Source: Microbotryum violaceum (lineage: Eukaryota). Taken from it: a stretch of 64,000 nucleotides of DNA. A model generated the notes under the pieces. The model saw only the letters and a program-made list of their open reading frames with translations, searched no databases and was not told where the DNA came from. The stretch lies in NCBI GenBank assembly GCA_001244265.2, contig CDLV01000013.1, forward strand, positions 806,001 through 870,000. Direction: 5' to 3'. The translations under genes and the position numbers were made by a program. Positions 23,996-35,951 of the stretch are shown here, one piece after another. Position 1 is the stretch's first letter, and each line of letters opens with the position of its first letter.

Positions 23996-26900
23996 ATGGC
24001 AGGTGCAGTGGCTCGGGCTTCGACTCGCACGCGCAAGAAGACTGCAAGGGCACAAGACGATGACGAGCGCGACGGCAGCAACCCTCCCAGCCAGCCCTCA
24101 GCGCCGGCCTCGACCAGTGCGAGTGGTGCCAGTGCCAGTGCGAGCAGGAGCAGGAGTAGGAACGGCACTGTCGACCTCGCCTCGGACGCTGATGCACCAC
24201 TCGTAGCAGCTGTGGCTTCGAGCTCCAACAAACGTAGGTTCCTGCCTGACACTCTTTTCGAGTTGTGGGACGCCAAGGCTCCGATAGCTGACATCCCCCA
24301 TCTTGATCTCTTCCTTTCCTTCTCTCCTTCCCTTCTCTGTCTCTCTCGACTGCGGATCCTCCTCGACCTCGATGACTGTCGACTTGCGACTGGTGCGCTG
24401 CCCGCCCGCTCAATCACCGGCCTCGCCTTTGCCGTGTGCCTCTTTGAAATCGGCGACGAATGACGGTGTCGCATTTGCATTCTAATTGTACGCGCTCGCG
24501 CTCGCAATGCTAATGCCGTAATGGACGCGCGCCGCCCCCGCCTTCGGGTTCCTCTCGCGACCTGTTTGCGGTTCCCCGCTTTCATTGCTCTCCCGCCGCC
24601 TGTACGCTCTCCCCGGTCTGTATATTCTCGTTCGACTTCGACTTATTTTATCATCCGACTCGGAATTTGCTGTCAACCTACACCATACTCGTTCATCACC
24701 CGCTGTCGACGTGGCGAACCGCGTCGGGCCGCGCCGCGCTTTCAAAAAACAACACGACTCGGACGACCCCCACCCGTTGACGACTTTCGTCGCGCCGGCG
24801 CGCCATGGCCTCCAACCCGCATCCCAACTCTCACCCACACCCGCAACACCATGGCAACAATATTTATGCCGATCCGCACAACGTCGACCACGCTCGCAAT
24901 ATCGTCGTCGGCTCATCCTACACGATGCACTACCCGATCGGTCCGCCGCTCGACATCATGCATGCCTATGCGCCGATGCCGATGCCCATGCAAATGCCGA
25001 TGAACCACATGCCGATGCAACCGTCGCATCGACCGTCGGTTCCGATGATGCCTTTACAACCCATCACCAATACCGCATCTTCGTCCTTCATTTGGCCCGC
25101 TTCACCGCCCAAAGCCGCCGCTCCCAATACGCCGGCCGCCGCGCCTTGGCCTCAGAATGTGCTGCCTCCACCGCCCTCGGCCGCCCCAAACCCTAAATTG
25201 GCTGCGGCGGCGACGACGACAACCAAGGCCGCCCGTGGAGGTGCTGCAGCGAAACGAAAGTCGATCATCAAGGATGAAGCCGCAGCCGCACAGTCTGCAG
25301 CGCTTCTGCTCGCGCCCGATTACACCGCCAACCCTGCCGGACCTGCTTCATCCTCGGACACGGATTTCAAGTGCTCGTACTGCGATAAGATCTATAAGGG
25401 CAAGCATGCGCGGTCGATCTGGAGACGTCACTTGCAAGACAAGCATGGTATTCCTTTGGCGTCGCAGCCTCGACGGACCCGATGGGACAACGGTGAGTAA
25501 ATGCTGGCCTGTCTCCTCAGATTTGTACCCGCGCCCTGGCACGACCAACAGGGACGATGCTATTCTCAGGCGCGCGACGCGCTTGTTTGTCGAGGCCCCA
25601 CAAGCCGCACATCTCGACACAATGTCGTACTACACGCCCAAGGCACGTCATCAGGACCGAGGACATTCGTGTCTTGTCCTGGTCGAGTTGGTGTGTGCAC
25701 GCGTCGCGACGCGCAAGAGGAGGCCTGAGCGCATTATTTTCAATAGCTCCTCGGGACGTCATGGCTTGTCAGGGGCCTGTCAGAAGCTGGCTTCATTCGC
25801 AGACTTCGCACTGCACAGTCGATCAGTGCTATCATACTGATCATATCCTCCCCCTCCCCCCTTTTTTTATGTTCGTCCTGGCAGATGCGAATCGGCCCAA
25901 GTCCGAAGAAGAACGGCGGGCTAGAACGCTAGACTCCAAGCGAAGATGGGCACGCAAGAACCGTGGGACCGACGGGAGATCAGCCGGTGGCGACACGCCC
26001 GGTCGCGGTGGTTCGGCCTCTTTCGATGGCCGTGACGAGGGTGAATGGGAGGACGACCAGTTCGGCGATGAGGACGGCAGCAGTGCCGGTGGTCGAAGTC
26101 GAAGTAATAGCGCCAGTACCTGGCAAGAGAGCAAGACCGCACTCGCTCGTTCGGGCAGCGTACCCACGCTCGGTGGTGCTGGTCGACTTCAGGACGAGAA
26201 GCCCGATCGGTCGAGTCTGAGGGCCAGTCAGTCTACATCGGCCGTTCCGCACGCCTCCGAAATCGATCCGAGACATCCTCAGCAGCACCGCGGGTCTTAC
26301 GCTCATGGGCCACCGGCCCATCTCGTTCAACCTCGTGGATCACATCTGCCCCACTCCCCATCGTCGTACTACCAAGCACCATTGGCTGCCGCTGTCCCTA
26401 TCGGTGGGGCCTTGTCTGCGCCGCTTTTCCCGCAGGCGAATGAGGCCGAGTTCTACCGAAGCGAGAACCCGACATCGATGATGCAACGCCTTGGTGCCTC
26501 GATCCCTCGTCCCGCTTCCGCCTCTTCCCTCCCTCCACCGTATGCACCAGCTCAATCGACGTCGTCTGCCTCCTTGGCGTACTATGCCTCACGAGCCTCG
26601 CCGGGTCGGGGTAGTCGGACGACACTGCGACGCGATCCCAAAAGCCCAATACGCACCGGGTCCAACACCGAGGATGCCGCGGGAGTGCTGCTCGCGCTCA
26701 AGATGGCCAGTCCTTCGACAAGCTCGATCCTTCAGTCACCGGTCTCGGCGACCCGATCACGTCGATTCGATGACGATTCAGACGATGATGAGGAAGAGGA
26801 CGAAGAGGCCGGTGACCTCAGTCTCGAAGCGAACGAACCCTTCTCGGCCTTCACCGCCAAACAAGCGAGTCGGCGCACAGGTGGGAGTCGACTCGTTGCA

Positions 26901-27974
26901 AGCGGACGAGGGGCCGCTTTCGCAAGCCCTACTCGCGACCCACCTTCCTCTCCCGAAGGGTCCGATTCCTCGATCGACAACTGGTCGCGCAACGAAGGCG
27001 AAGCTTCGACATCGACGATGGTCGATCCGACGAGCTCGAAGCGAGCCGGCAAGAAGCGTAGCGCCGAGGACTCGCCACCACCTTACGGCAGTGCCCAAGC
27101 GCTCGTCGGTCTCAGTGCCAGTGCGCGCAAGATCCGGCCGATCGCCGGCATTGCGCCGAATGGTAACGGGCAGGTCGCTGGTCGACCCCTAGGTCCTAAC
27201 TCGTCTTACCACCAATACACCAGCTTGACGGCGACTCCGACGCCGGCGATGCGCGTCACGATGGAAAGCTCCCCCGCGATGGTCTACGGCCGAGACTTGT
27301 TGGAAGGTGGCTCCATCGGGCGCGGCCCACGGCACGATCATCATCATGATGACGACGATGGCGATCTCGAGGAAGACGAGCCGAGTCGAGGCGGCCGTGT
27401 CCACGACGGAAGCCCTAGTCGTGCGATGCGGTCCCATCGAAATGGCAACGGACCGATTGAGGACGCTTCGTCCTCTGCGCCTCGAGCTCATCACCACCAT
27501 CCTTATTCTCACGGGTACCCTTCGTCGGCTTCGTCGGCTCGTCATTACCCGCAAGCGCTGCACCACCATCACCCCGTCGGACTAACTTCGGATCTCGGTC
27601 ACTTCAACCTCTCGTCCTCCTCCGATCCCTCGCATCCTTCGTCTTCGTCCTCGTCGATGCCACCGCATCCTTCCTCATCTTCAGCCTCGTTCCCCCACTC
27701 GACACCCGGTGGTGTTTCAACCGATTACTACCGACTCCGAGGCTCGTCCCCACCCTCGCGCTCGAACGGCGGAAGCGGCTACCTCTTCTCCTCCCCCGCC
27801 CACCCCGGCATCTCAAAACAACTCGGCCTGCACGCCCAACCCGGTCCCGGCGTCTTATTCTCCGGAGAAACACCAGGTCGCAACGCCGCGGTCGATGTGC
27901 TCGAGTCGAGATCCAAAGGGATGAGGTTGGTCGAGGAAGGTGGGAGTCGAGCGGTGTTGAAGTTGGAGGATTGA
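23996..27974 (+). CDS. C2H2 zinc-finger putative transcription factor, long isoform (exons 23996-24233, 25115-25492, 25885-27974)
   Basis: Zinc finger FKCSYCDKIYKGKHARSIWRRHLQDKH followed by a basic helix QPRRTRWDN/DANRPKSEEERRARTLDSKRRWARKNR across intron 25493-25884 (GTGAGT..CAG, phase 1); long Ser/Pro/His-rich tail. Exon 1 is inferred from donor GTAGGT at 24234 and a phase-matched AG at 25113-25114. Confidence 0.7.
24234..25114 (+). other. Predicted 881-nt intron with distal branch point and 825-nt AG-exclusion zone
   Basis: GTAGGT (24234), GCTGAC branch point (24287-24292), ~55-nt pyrimidine tract (24293-24347), no AG from 24288 to 25112, first AG at 25113-25114 restores frame. Confidence 0.7.
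24805..27974 (+). CDS. Alternative short-promoter isoform of the same zinc-finger gene, with a His/Pro/Met-rich N-terminus
   Basis: ATG in strong context (CGCCATGG) downstream of a pyrimidine-rich promoter-like tract; 103 codons open and in frame with the zinc-finger exon. Confidence 0.6.
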
Positions 27975-28575
27975 AGAGTCGTTGTATCCTATTCCCGCCC
28001 AATGCACGTGTACCTTGCATAAACCCCTTCGAAATTCTTCATACCCCCCTGTTTGCACACCTAGTTCGCACTCCCGCGAGAACAAGCCCTCTTTCGTCTG
28101 TCGTCTTGCTACCTCTTTTTTTGTGGTTAGATTCTCCCAGGTCCTTTGGATCCCCGCTCTTTCTCTCTCACTCTTGTACGCTCGCTGCTGAACGATGTCT
28201 GTTCTGATTTTTTTTTTGGTCCACTCGACTTGTCGCGCACACCCTATATGAAATTCGAGGATCGCATTTCCTTTTGTACCTCTCACATCGGATCGTCAGA
28301 AAGAAGTGACCGTGGTTGCAAGCAAGTTTAAAAGACGAGAGCCAAAAGAACACAGAGATAAAACACAAAAGAACAAACAGGGGCTCATCAAGGCGTTCCT
28401 GTGCATAGCATAGCTATCGCTCACGCATGGATCGGTTCGAGTCGCAGGTAGTCGGGATAGGATGCGAAAGAGGACGGAATGGGCGTAAAAAAAAGGGGGT
28501 TGCATAGCAGTTCATGGGACAGAACGGCGGATGTCGAAGGCTTTAGGAACAATCAAAGGAAACTTGCGAGGTTCC

Positions 28576-30352
28576 TTAATCCTTGCCCACATCATTCGCG
28601 GCATTCACCCCCACGGCAACCTCTCCACTTGTCGCAGCGGCACTTAGAGACCCGCCGGAAGGACCGGAGAAGGATCCACTGGTGGAAGAGGTATTGTCGG
28701 CCGGTTGCCCGGCCAAACTGGCGACGGTCGCCAATCTTGGCGAGGCGGACGATCCGGGTTTGGTCGCCATTCGTTGATCGAGAGCTTTTAAAGCCATTGC
28801 TCTGCAGGGTCGGATGCGATTATGACAAAGCAGGTGCGATGTCAGCTCGCAACAAGACACTGGGGTGATGAGGCAAAGGAGACTAACCTCCGTCTCTCAG
28901 CCTCGGCCCTTGCCGCACCGGGTACGGCAGCATACCCACCCATTTCCACATCAGTCCAAGCCCTCAGTACCCCAACCTTGACCGCCAATTCGAACGCGAT
29001 CCCGGCAACCTTGGCAACGTAAGGTTGGATGAAAGGAGGGAACCAGGACGAGAAGGCGAAAGTCTCGGATCGATCACCTCGGAAATCGGAAGTCGGGTCG
29101 GCGAGCTTGATGAAGCGGAGGTAGAACCAGCTGACGATCCAGCCGAATTGGATGAGGATGTAGGGGGATTGGTACCCGATCATGCACGCGACGTTGGAGA
29201 CGGTCACGTAGAGCATCGGCAAGGACTGTGCACGGAGAAGCGCGGGCAAGGTCAGAATTTATTATCGACATCAGCACGGACTTGCTTCCTGAATGAGCCA
29301 ATACGAAGGCGCCACTGTAACGGACCTTTACTCTGACTTTGGCGATCCCACCAAAGACTTGGACCTGATGCTCGGGGATGAGCTGGGTGAAGGCGACGAG
29401 GAATCCGACCTGGAGCGCCATCAGGCCGTGGTAGCTCATACCGTAGCTATTGTCAGAGAAATGTAATAGCGTCAGTACGTTGTGCTCTTTATCGGTTTTG
29501 ATCGGGTTGCCATGGATCACGATGTGCGCTCTCCGTGGTAGCATAATTGCAGAGGCCCATCGGCGATCCAACACTGCACTGCAGCCTCCTCAGCATCGAC
29601 CGTAGACATTATCGCGCGCTCGTCGCTTCATTTGAGTGCCTCGGACAAAGGGCGTGACGCTGCCTCGTCTGAACCGACTAGTTGCTTTCTCCGCAGCGCC
29701 GATGCCGATCCGCAGACGAGCGAGCGCGAACGCGGGCCCCGGGGGTCGATGGGCCGCATCAAAGCACATTGAACGACAACAAGAAAGCGTCCGACTAACA
29801 GGAACAGTTCTTTGTTGTCCAAGACGACCGACTCGAGCACGTTGACGACGACGGCGATGATGTTGGACGCGACGACGACGACGAACACAAACTTGAGCAG
29901 CTCGACCTGGCCCCAGACGCGTTCGAGGTACCGCGCCGCCAGGGGGAGAGTGAATAAAGAGAAGAGGAACTGCGGTAGGACAGGACACACGTCAGTTCGG
30001 TGCTTCGAGTGAATGCTCGAGTGTAGCCGAGGCGGAAGACATGCGACCGACGAGCGGGAGGCGACGAGGCGACGAGGCGCTCAGCAGCGGGGAAAGCACT
30101 GACCTCGAGAAGGTTGTTCTCGACAAACGAACTCGTCAACAAGGTCCATGGGTACCACATCACACTGCCCGGCAGCAACACGAGCCAAGGGAACACCAAG
30201 GACGGGTCCGATGACGCGCCAAAGATGCCCTTGAGGTCGCCCGGCGCCAGCGACAAGCGCAGCGCAAACAGAAGCAGCGACATGCCCACCAACGCGCCTG
30301 TCAGCGCCCGTGTCGCAGGTGGCAGCGCCAGCAGCGACAAGAAGCTCGACAT
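28576..30352 (-). CDS. TMEM115/DUF1751 rhomboid-like integral membrane protein; multi-exon
   Basis: Multiple TM segments; PWLVLLPGSVMWYPWTLLTSSFVE, YLERVWGQVELLKF, LVAFTQLIPEHQV, GWIVSWFYLRF, RGDRSETFAFSSWFPP, AEAERRR/AMALKALDQRM. Confidence 0.88.
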
Positions 30353-30785
30353 CACCGACTGGGGCTACGAGCGCGGTCGGGCAGGAGGAGCACGAGCGGA
30401 GGTGGATCAGAGAGCGCAGAGGCAGCGCGGAGGGAGCACAAAGTAGCGAGAGGAGCAGGAGCTAGCAGGAGGAGACCAATCCCCGAGTCCTGACGCTCGC
30501 GACTCATGAAACATCGATTGGCAGTCGATCATATTTCTAGGGGCCACGGGCCACGAAGGGTTACTAGGTGTTTCAACAACTACAATAAAAACAAATAGAT
30601 TCGCTCAGAATTGTAACAACAAACAATGTTAGGATTCGGTGAAAGAAAGAACCTCGGCCCCCGCCGTAGGGCCGTAGGAAGACTATATCGTCCTTCATCG
30701 CTCAGCGTAGATCCTATACCCACTACCTCGTCGTCCATGGCTATACGTGTGTTTTGTGGTTATACACGTCCTTGGATGAATGCTC

Positions 30786-33086
30786 TTAGGCATAGATCGC
30801 ATACACCGTGGCTAGTACCAGCGCCACGGTCATCACATCCCTTGTCCACTCGCCACCGCCACCGCCGTGCAAAGCCCGAGCACCCGATGTGCCGCTACCC
30901 GACGCGTTGGTCTTCGAGTCCCCCAAAGATTCGGTTGCAGATGCACCCATTGGGTTTGGCACCGTCGACATGGCCGTATAGTCCGCCCATGCGGCTTCCA
31001 TCATCAACACGAACGCTTGACCCTCGGGTGACTGCTGACCAATTCGGCCGAACGAGAGGGGATCGACGACCGGCGAGAGCAGACCTGTCGTACTCGAAAT
31101 GTGGGAATGGAGAGCGATGCGCGTTTCTTGCGCTTTGGCCAGCGTCGATTCGGAAATCTTGAACTGCGCCAGGCGGAACGACACCGCTGTGAGCAGAGCC
31201 GTTGAGGCGGCGTCGGTAAACGTATTCGGGTCGTCCAAATAATTGTGAAACAGCAGATTGGCCTGTGTAGGTCGAGGCACCAGTGTAAGGTAAGCGGCCA
31301 GTTCACTCCGATCTGTGGGGACAGTTTACTGCAGGAGGCTCACAGATTGTAAACTGAAAGCTGCTTCAACGATCTGCATCGTCCAGGAGGCCAAGTCATT
31401 CGCCTGCGACGCAAAGGCGGACGCATAGTTCGAATTCATGATCGTTGCCCACACTCGAATCCTGAAACGAGTGCACGCATGAGACTGTCAGCAAAGATGA
31501 AGCCAATCCCTTGCTCAAGAAAGGACGTACATTCCAGCAGCGGCCCAAGCGTTGCCAGTGGCCCAGTAGCCGGGATCGGGGTTCGAACCCCACAGGATAT
31601 GTTTGTACAAGCCCGAGCTTGCGGTGAGGAGGTTTTGTCGGTACAGTCGACACTGGTCGTATGCTTCTTGAATAAGCGACATGTTCGCGTTGATGGTCCC
31701 ATAGTAGGCCAAAAAAGGTGGGACCATGTCTATGAAGCGGCAAAAATAGCAAAAGGTTAGCTTATGCTGCACGCTGTGGAAAAATAATTACCGCGTCAAA
31801 ATTTGACGGAGGCGAGATAACGAACATATAGAGTCCGCCCTAGAGGGGGGGAAACGATCCAAAGTCAGCATGACGATCTGGGGGGGCAGTAACCCGTTCG
31901 GACCAGGTCACGTACCACAAAGAGAGCTCATCAGCACGATGCGAAATTGCACCATCCGCTAGTCTTGGTGTGTGAAGTAGCAAAGCCTCCAACTGATCCT
32001 CCGCAGCCGCTCCAAACTGAGCACGATTACCCGTCCGGATCGAATAGTTGGCCATGATGGTAGCCACACCGATGCTCGCGGGATCGGCGGCGGATCCGTC
32101 GGGCATCAACTGGAGCGATTTAGGGGCCTTGCGCGAAACGACCGAGCCGACCAGCGACATGACGGGGTACGGGTAAATGGTGTCCTGCGGTAGGTCCGGG
32201 TACGTGTCGAAAAAAACCGCGAGGACTGGATAATCACTGCAGATACGACGGAAGAACCTCGTGGTCAGTGGGGACCTCCTGAGGGGCACACTTTCCGTAA
32301 GGTATGCGCCTCTGATGTGCATAAAATACAATCTGTCGTTCTTGACCGCTTCGAGGCCGATCGCATGTGCCGAGAATCGTGTGCCGATTCAGATCGCCGT
32401 TGGCACTCACTATTCAAGAAGTGCTTGAATATGAGCGCCAATCTCCCAACTGATTGTAAAGACGAAACAAAGCTTGGCGTGAAGGATCAGTACATGAGAT
32501 GACGGGTCAAACTCTGAAAGCTGTGCTCGGTGTCGGAGCGGCGGCTGGGCCCCACCCGCTGGCCTGGGCGCGCCTTTGTGCGCAAGTCTTCCGGTCCAAC
32601 GAGTGGAACTACGTCATGAAGATTTGGCAGGTTGCGCTCGTCAGAAGGAGGTGACCGCCAGCGCGTCCGCATGGGTCCTCGTGAGATCAACAGTCACAAA
32701 AGTCGAGCAAGATGGCGGTAGATCACTCCAAGTGGTAAGGAGTCTCATGCACCTCTTTCAGGACCAAGCCGGCCATGGTTGAAGGAAACGCTGAGCTCGC
32801 AGGAGGTCGCATTGCGCACGTACCTCTCGCGCGCGGTCTTGTTGAGCATTTGCTTGATCAACGTGATCGTCTTGCTCGACAGCGCTGTACTGTCTTTCGA
32901 AGTCGCAGCGACCGCGAAGGTCAAGTTGTTCATCGTCTGAGTCTGCCTCGGTCGTATCCGGTATGCCGGTAAGGCGTGTACACGCGGTAACGTGGCCAGG
33001 ATCGAAAGGAGCAGGGCGAGTGATGCTGTCGCCGACGCGTGCATCAGGACTCGTCGAAGACTGGCGGAGGATGGAATAAGAAACAT
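30786..33086 (-). CDS. Secreted six-hairpin glycosidase, GH105/GH88-like, with C-terminal hydrophobic (GPI/TM-like) tail; multi-exon
   Basis: Signal-like N-terminus; SWEIG, DGSAADPASIG, PRLADGAISHR..LSLWADSIYMVPPFLAYYG, WATGNAWAAAGM, DAASTALL, GLLSPVVDP..SPEGQAFVLMMEAAW; tail VMTVALVLATVYAIYA. Confidence 0.8.
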
Positions 33087-33634
33087 GATCTGTCGACGTG
33101 CAGCCAGTCAGCTCAAAGAACGTACTCCATGGCCTTGTCCTTGAAGCACCTACAAAATTAAAGGTCTGTCGAACGTGGGAGATTGCGGAAGGAAGCCAGG
33201 AGGTCCCCTAGCTCGGCGAAGGAACCCGAGGGAGGGAACTGATTAGTAACCGTCAGCGATACCAAAGTGAGACATGATATTGCAATCGTGACGTCCAAGC
33301 GCAAAATTTGCATCCTTGAAGACCTTGAGCCTTGGCACTCACCAGGCTTGACCCAACGCCATCAAGGACTGTGTTTCGCTTTACTTTTGGTGCAACGTGT
33401 AGATCGTCCCGATGGATCACCATTACGCGCATGCAGTCTGACCTCAACTATGCCAGAGGCAGTCGCCGGCCCGCCTGACGCTCCTCCCCTGCGCCAAAAG
33501 GCCCGCCCTCAAGTCAGGCACGTGCCAAGCCTGAGGAGCGGATGGACTCTCATCTCCATACACTTCTGTGACAGCTCCTGTGGCCTCTCGTGCGTGCATA
33601 AAACTTTGTATTACATCAATTCTCTCGACGCTCA

Positions 33635-35445
33635 TCAACTCCTGGGTGTGTTGTTGACCGACGACGATGACCTTGTCGATAGGCCGAAAGCCTCGTTGAT
33701 CACCTCCACGTCGCTGGCGGCTTTCTGCAACGTCTTGGTCAAGTGATCCAAGCCAGCTTGCTGCGATGCAAGGATCTGTGTCAAAGACAGTGTCTCGAGT
33801 CTGGTTCAGCGAAGAACGCGCGATGTGAGCGTGACAAGGGTTGCTCACCTCGAGTACTTGTCTCAACCCTTCTTCATCTACGACGGCCCACTCGCGTTCC
33901 CCAGCCAACGCCTGCTTCCGCGCTTTGACGGCCCCGACACCACTCCACAACTCGTTCGCTCGACCTTGAACCCTTTCTGCATCCCCAGCCATGCTCTCAA
34001 GTCGAACGCGCATCGCATCCTCCTCGCTTCGCACGCTCGCGTTTCGACTCGGGGTCAATGCCGAGACCTTGGCGATCAAGGCGAGCACGCGGGCCTCTAG
34101 TGCGGTGGCCGTTTGTGTGGCTCGTAATGTGCGCAGTGAAGTCACAAGAGAATGTGTCGACGATAGTTCGGAGAGGTGAGCTCGGATCTCGCTGAGCAAA
34201 GCTTGGTGCGCGAGAGCCTGCTTTTGCTGCGACTCGATTCGGGTTTGGATCGCGGGGAAACCGATGGCAATGGCCGGAACCAGTCTGTGAAGTGTAATCA
34301 TGGTTTAAGCGATGATATCCTAAATTGCCCCTCGGCAGCCCCTGCGGAGCCGACTCACTTCTCGGGATCGGGATTTTCCCGCACGGCCTTTTGCCAAGCC
34401 TTCTCATCTGTCCCTTGTGGTGGCCTTCCATACATCTTGACATTGTTGGGCGGAGCTGGTTCATTGTAAAAATACGTCTGGAAGCGACAATTGGGATCTT
34501 GTGGGTCCCAGGCGGACTTGATGGCTTCAATACGGGCTTCGATCGGTCGCTCGTTCGGATTTGGGGGTGGGTAAGGGTCGCCGAGTCGGGGCATGGGAGG
34601 TTGGGGTTGACCAGTTGGATTGGGCTGGACACCGAAGGTCGAGTTGGAGGCGAATAGCGAAGACGAAGCTGGCTTGGAGCCGAATAGAGAAGCCGTCGCG
34701 GCGGACTGCGATTGACCAAACAAGGGAGCGGCCGTCACTGCTGGCTGAGTGGCACTGTTCCCCTGCTGCTGAGACTGATTGCTAGCACCAAAACTAAAAG
34801 GTGTTTGCTGGGACTGGCCGAACAATGACTGCCCTGCCGGTGCCGCCGACGCGCCAAAGAGTGAAGATGTTGCTCCCGGTTGCGAGGTGGCGCCGAACAA
34901 GGAAGAACCTCCCTGCGAGGCTGTAGAGGTGGCAGCGCCGAACAGACCAGGTGTTGTCGTTGTCGACTGCTGTTGACCGAACAGGGAGGTCGTTGCTGGG
35001 GCCTGCGATGTCGAGGAGGCACCGAACAGTCCGGCACCAGGGGTGGATTGGCCAAAGAGACCACCACCGGAAGTCGGTGTCGCTACACCGAAGCCACCAA
35101 ACATGTTTGCCGTGGTTCCGGCAGCGGAGGTGGGCGTGGCACCAAAGAGACCACCTGTCGGCACAGGAGTCGAAGTCTGAGCCGAGCCAAAGAGGGAGGG
35201 GGTCGCACTCGGCGTCGTTGTAGCGCGTGCGGAAGCTATGCGGAAAGGGCAGCGTTACATCAGCACCCTATCCAGACATCATGACTCTTCAACCGGGCAA
35301 CTGACCTGTAAAGTCGGGAATCTTGTTCGCGGTCGCCGCGGGTGCGCCTGTTTCAACATCGCAATTGGAGCCGAGAGCCCTGAGCTAGACCGCCACATGT
35401 GACTGAACAGCGTGACCACAGCAGCGTACCGAATGAGAACGACAT
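33635..35445 (-). CDS. NUP57: FG-repeat nucleoporin Nup57/Nup54; multi-exon
   Basis: MSFSFG start, many GLFG/SLFG repeats, then IKSAWDPQDPNCRFQTYFYN, WQKAVRENPDPEK/LVPAIAIGF, coiled coils and ILASQQAGLDHLTKTL. Confidence 0.88.
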
Positions 35446-35951
35446 AGGTCTGGCGATAGCGCTGGTGTTTGATATACTGTCCCGTGCCGTGGAAATTGAA
35501 AGCGCTTACTGGGAGTCAGCCCGTTGAACCATGCGTTCCCTGGCGAAACCGGTCCCATCACGGGCCTCTGAGGCGCAGAAGACAGACCTTAGTTTGCCCA
35601 AGTGGACAAGTCCCCAAGGTTCCTTATAGTCTTGAGCGCCAGTGCGTGTTTTGAGCGCCAGCAGCAAGCACGGACGGAAGGAGAGCTTGCCCGTCCCAGG
35701 GGCTCCACGCGGCGCTCAGAGCTCAGGGCGATCTTCGAAATTACTCGAAAGTACTCGACAAAATGCATGATGCTGCTGATGATGTCAGTCTTATCGGCAA
35801 GAGCTTTCCGTGACATTTCGAAATAGGCGGGCCGTGAAACAAGCGACTAAAAGTACTCCAATGACTCGAATCATTTGTCGCCATCACCCCTTACGAGCAA
35901 GTGCGAAAAGAAATCCATGTACATCCCCAAGCCCCCAAGCCCCCAAACCTA

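Noticed and set aside
24234-24287. 54-nt short intron ending at TAG 24285-24287
   Set aside because: The only upstream CTGAC is ~12 nt from the donor, and the strong branch point and pyrimidine tract come after this AG; it would not explain the AG desert. Not formally excluded.
23996-24463. 155-aa ORF as a stand-alone gene
   Set aside because: Its second half is translated branch point and pyrimidine tract (FLSFSPSLLCLS); better explained as exon 1 plus intron read-through.
25557-25884. ORF-track start of the 805-aa ORF
   Set aside because: Lies within intron 25493-25884; splicing restores the continuous RWDN/DANRPK motif.
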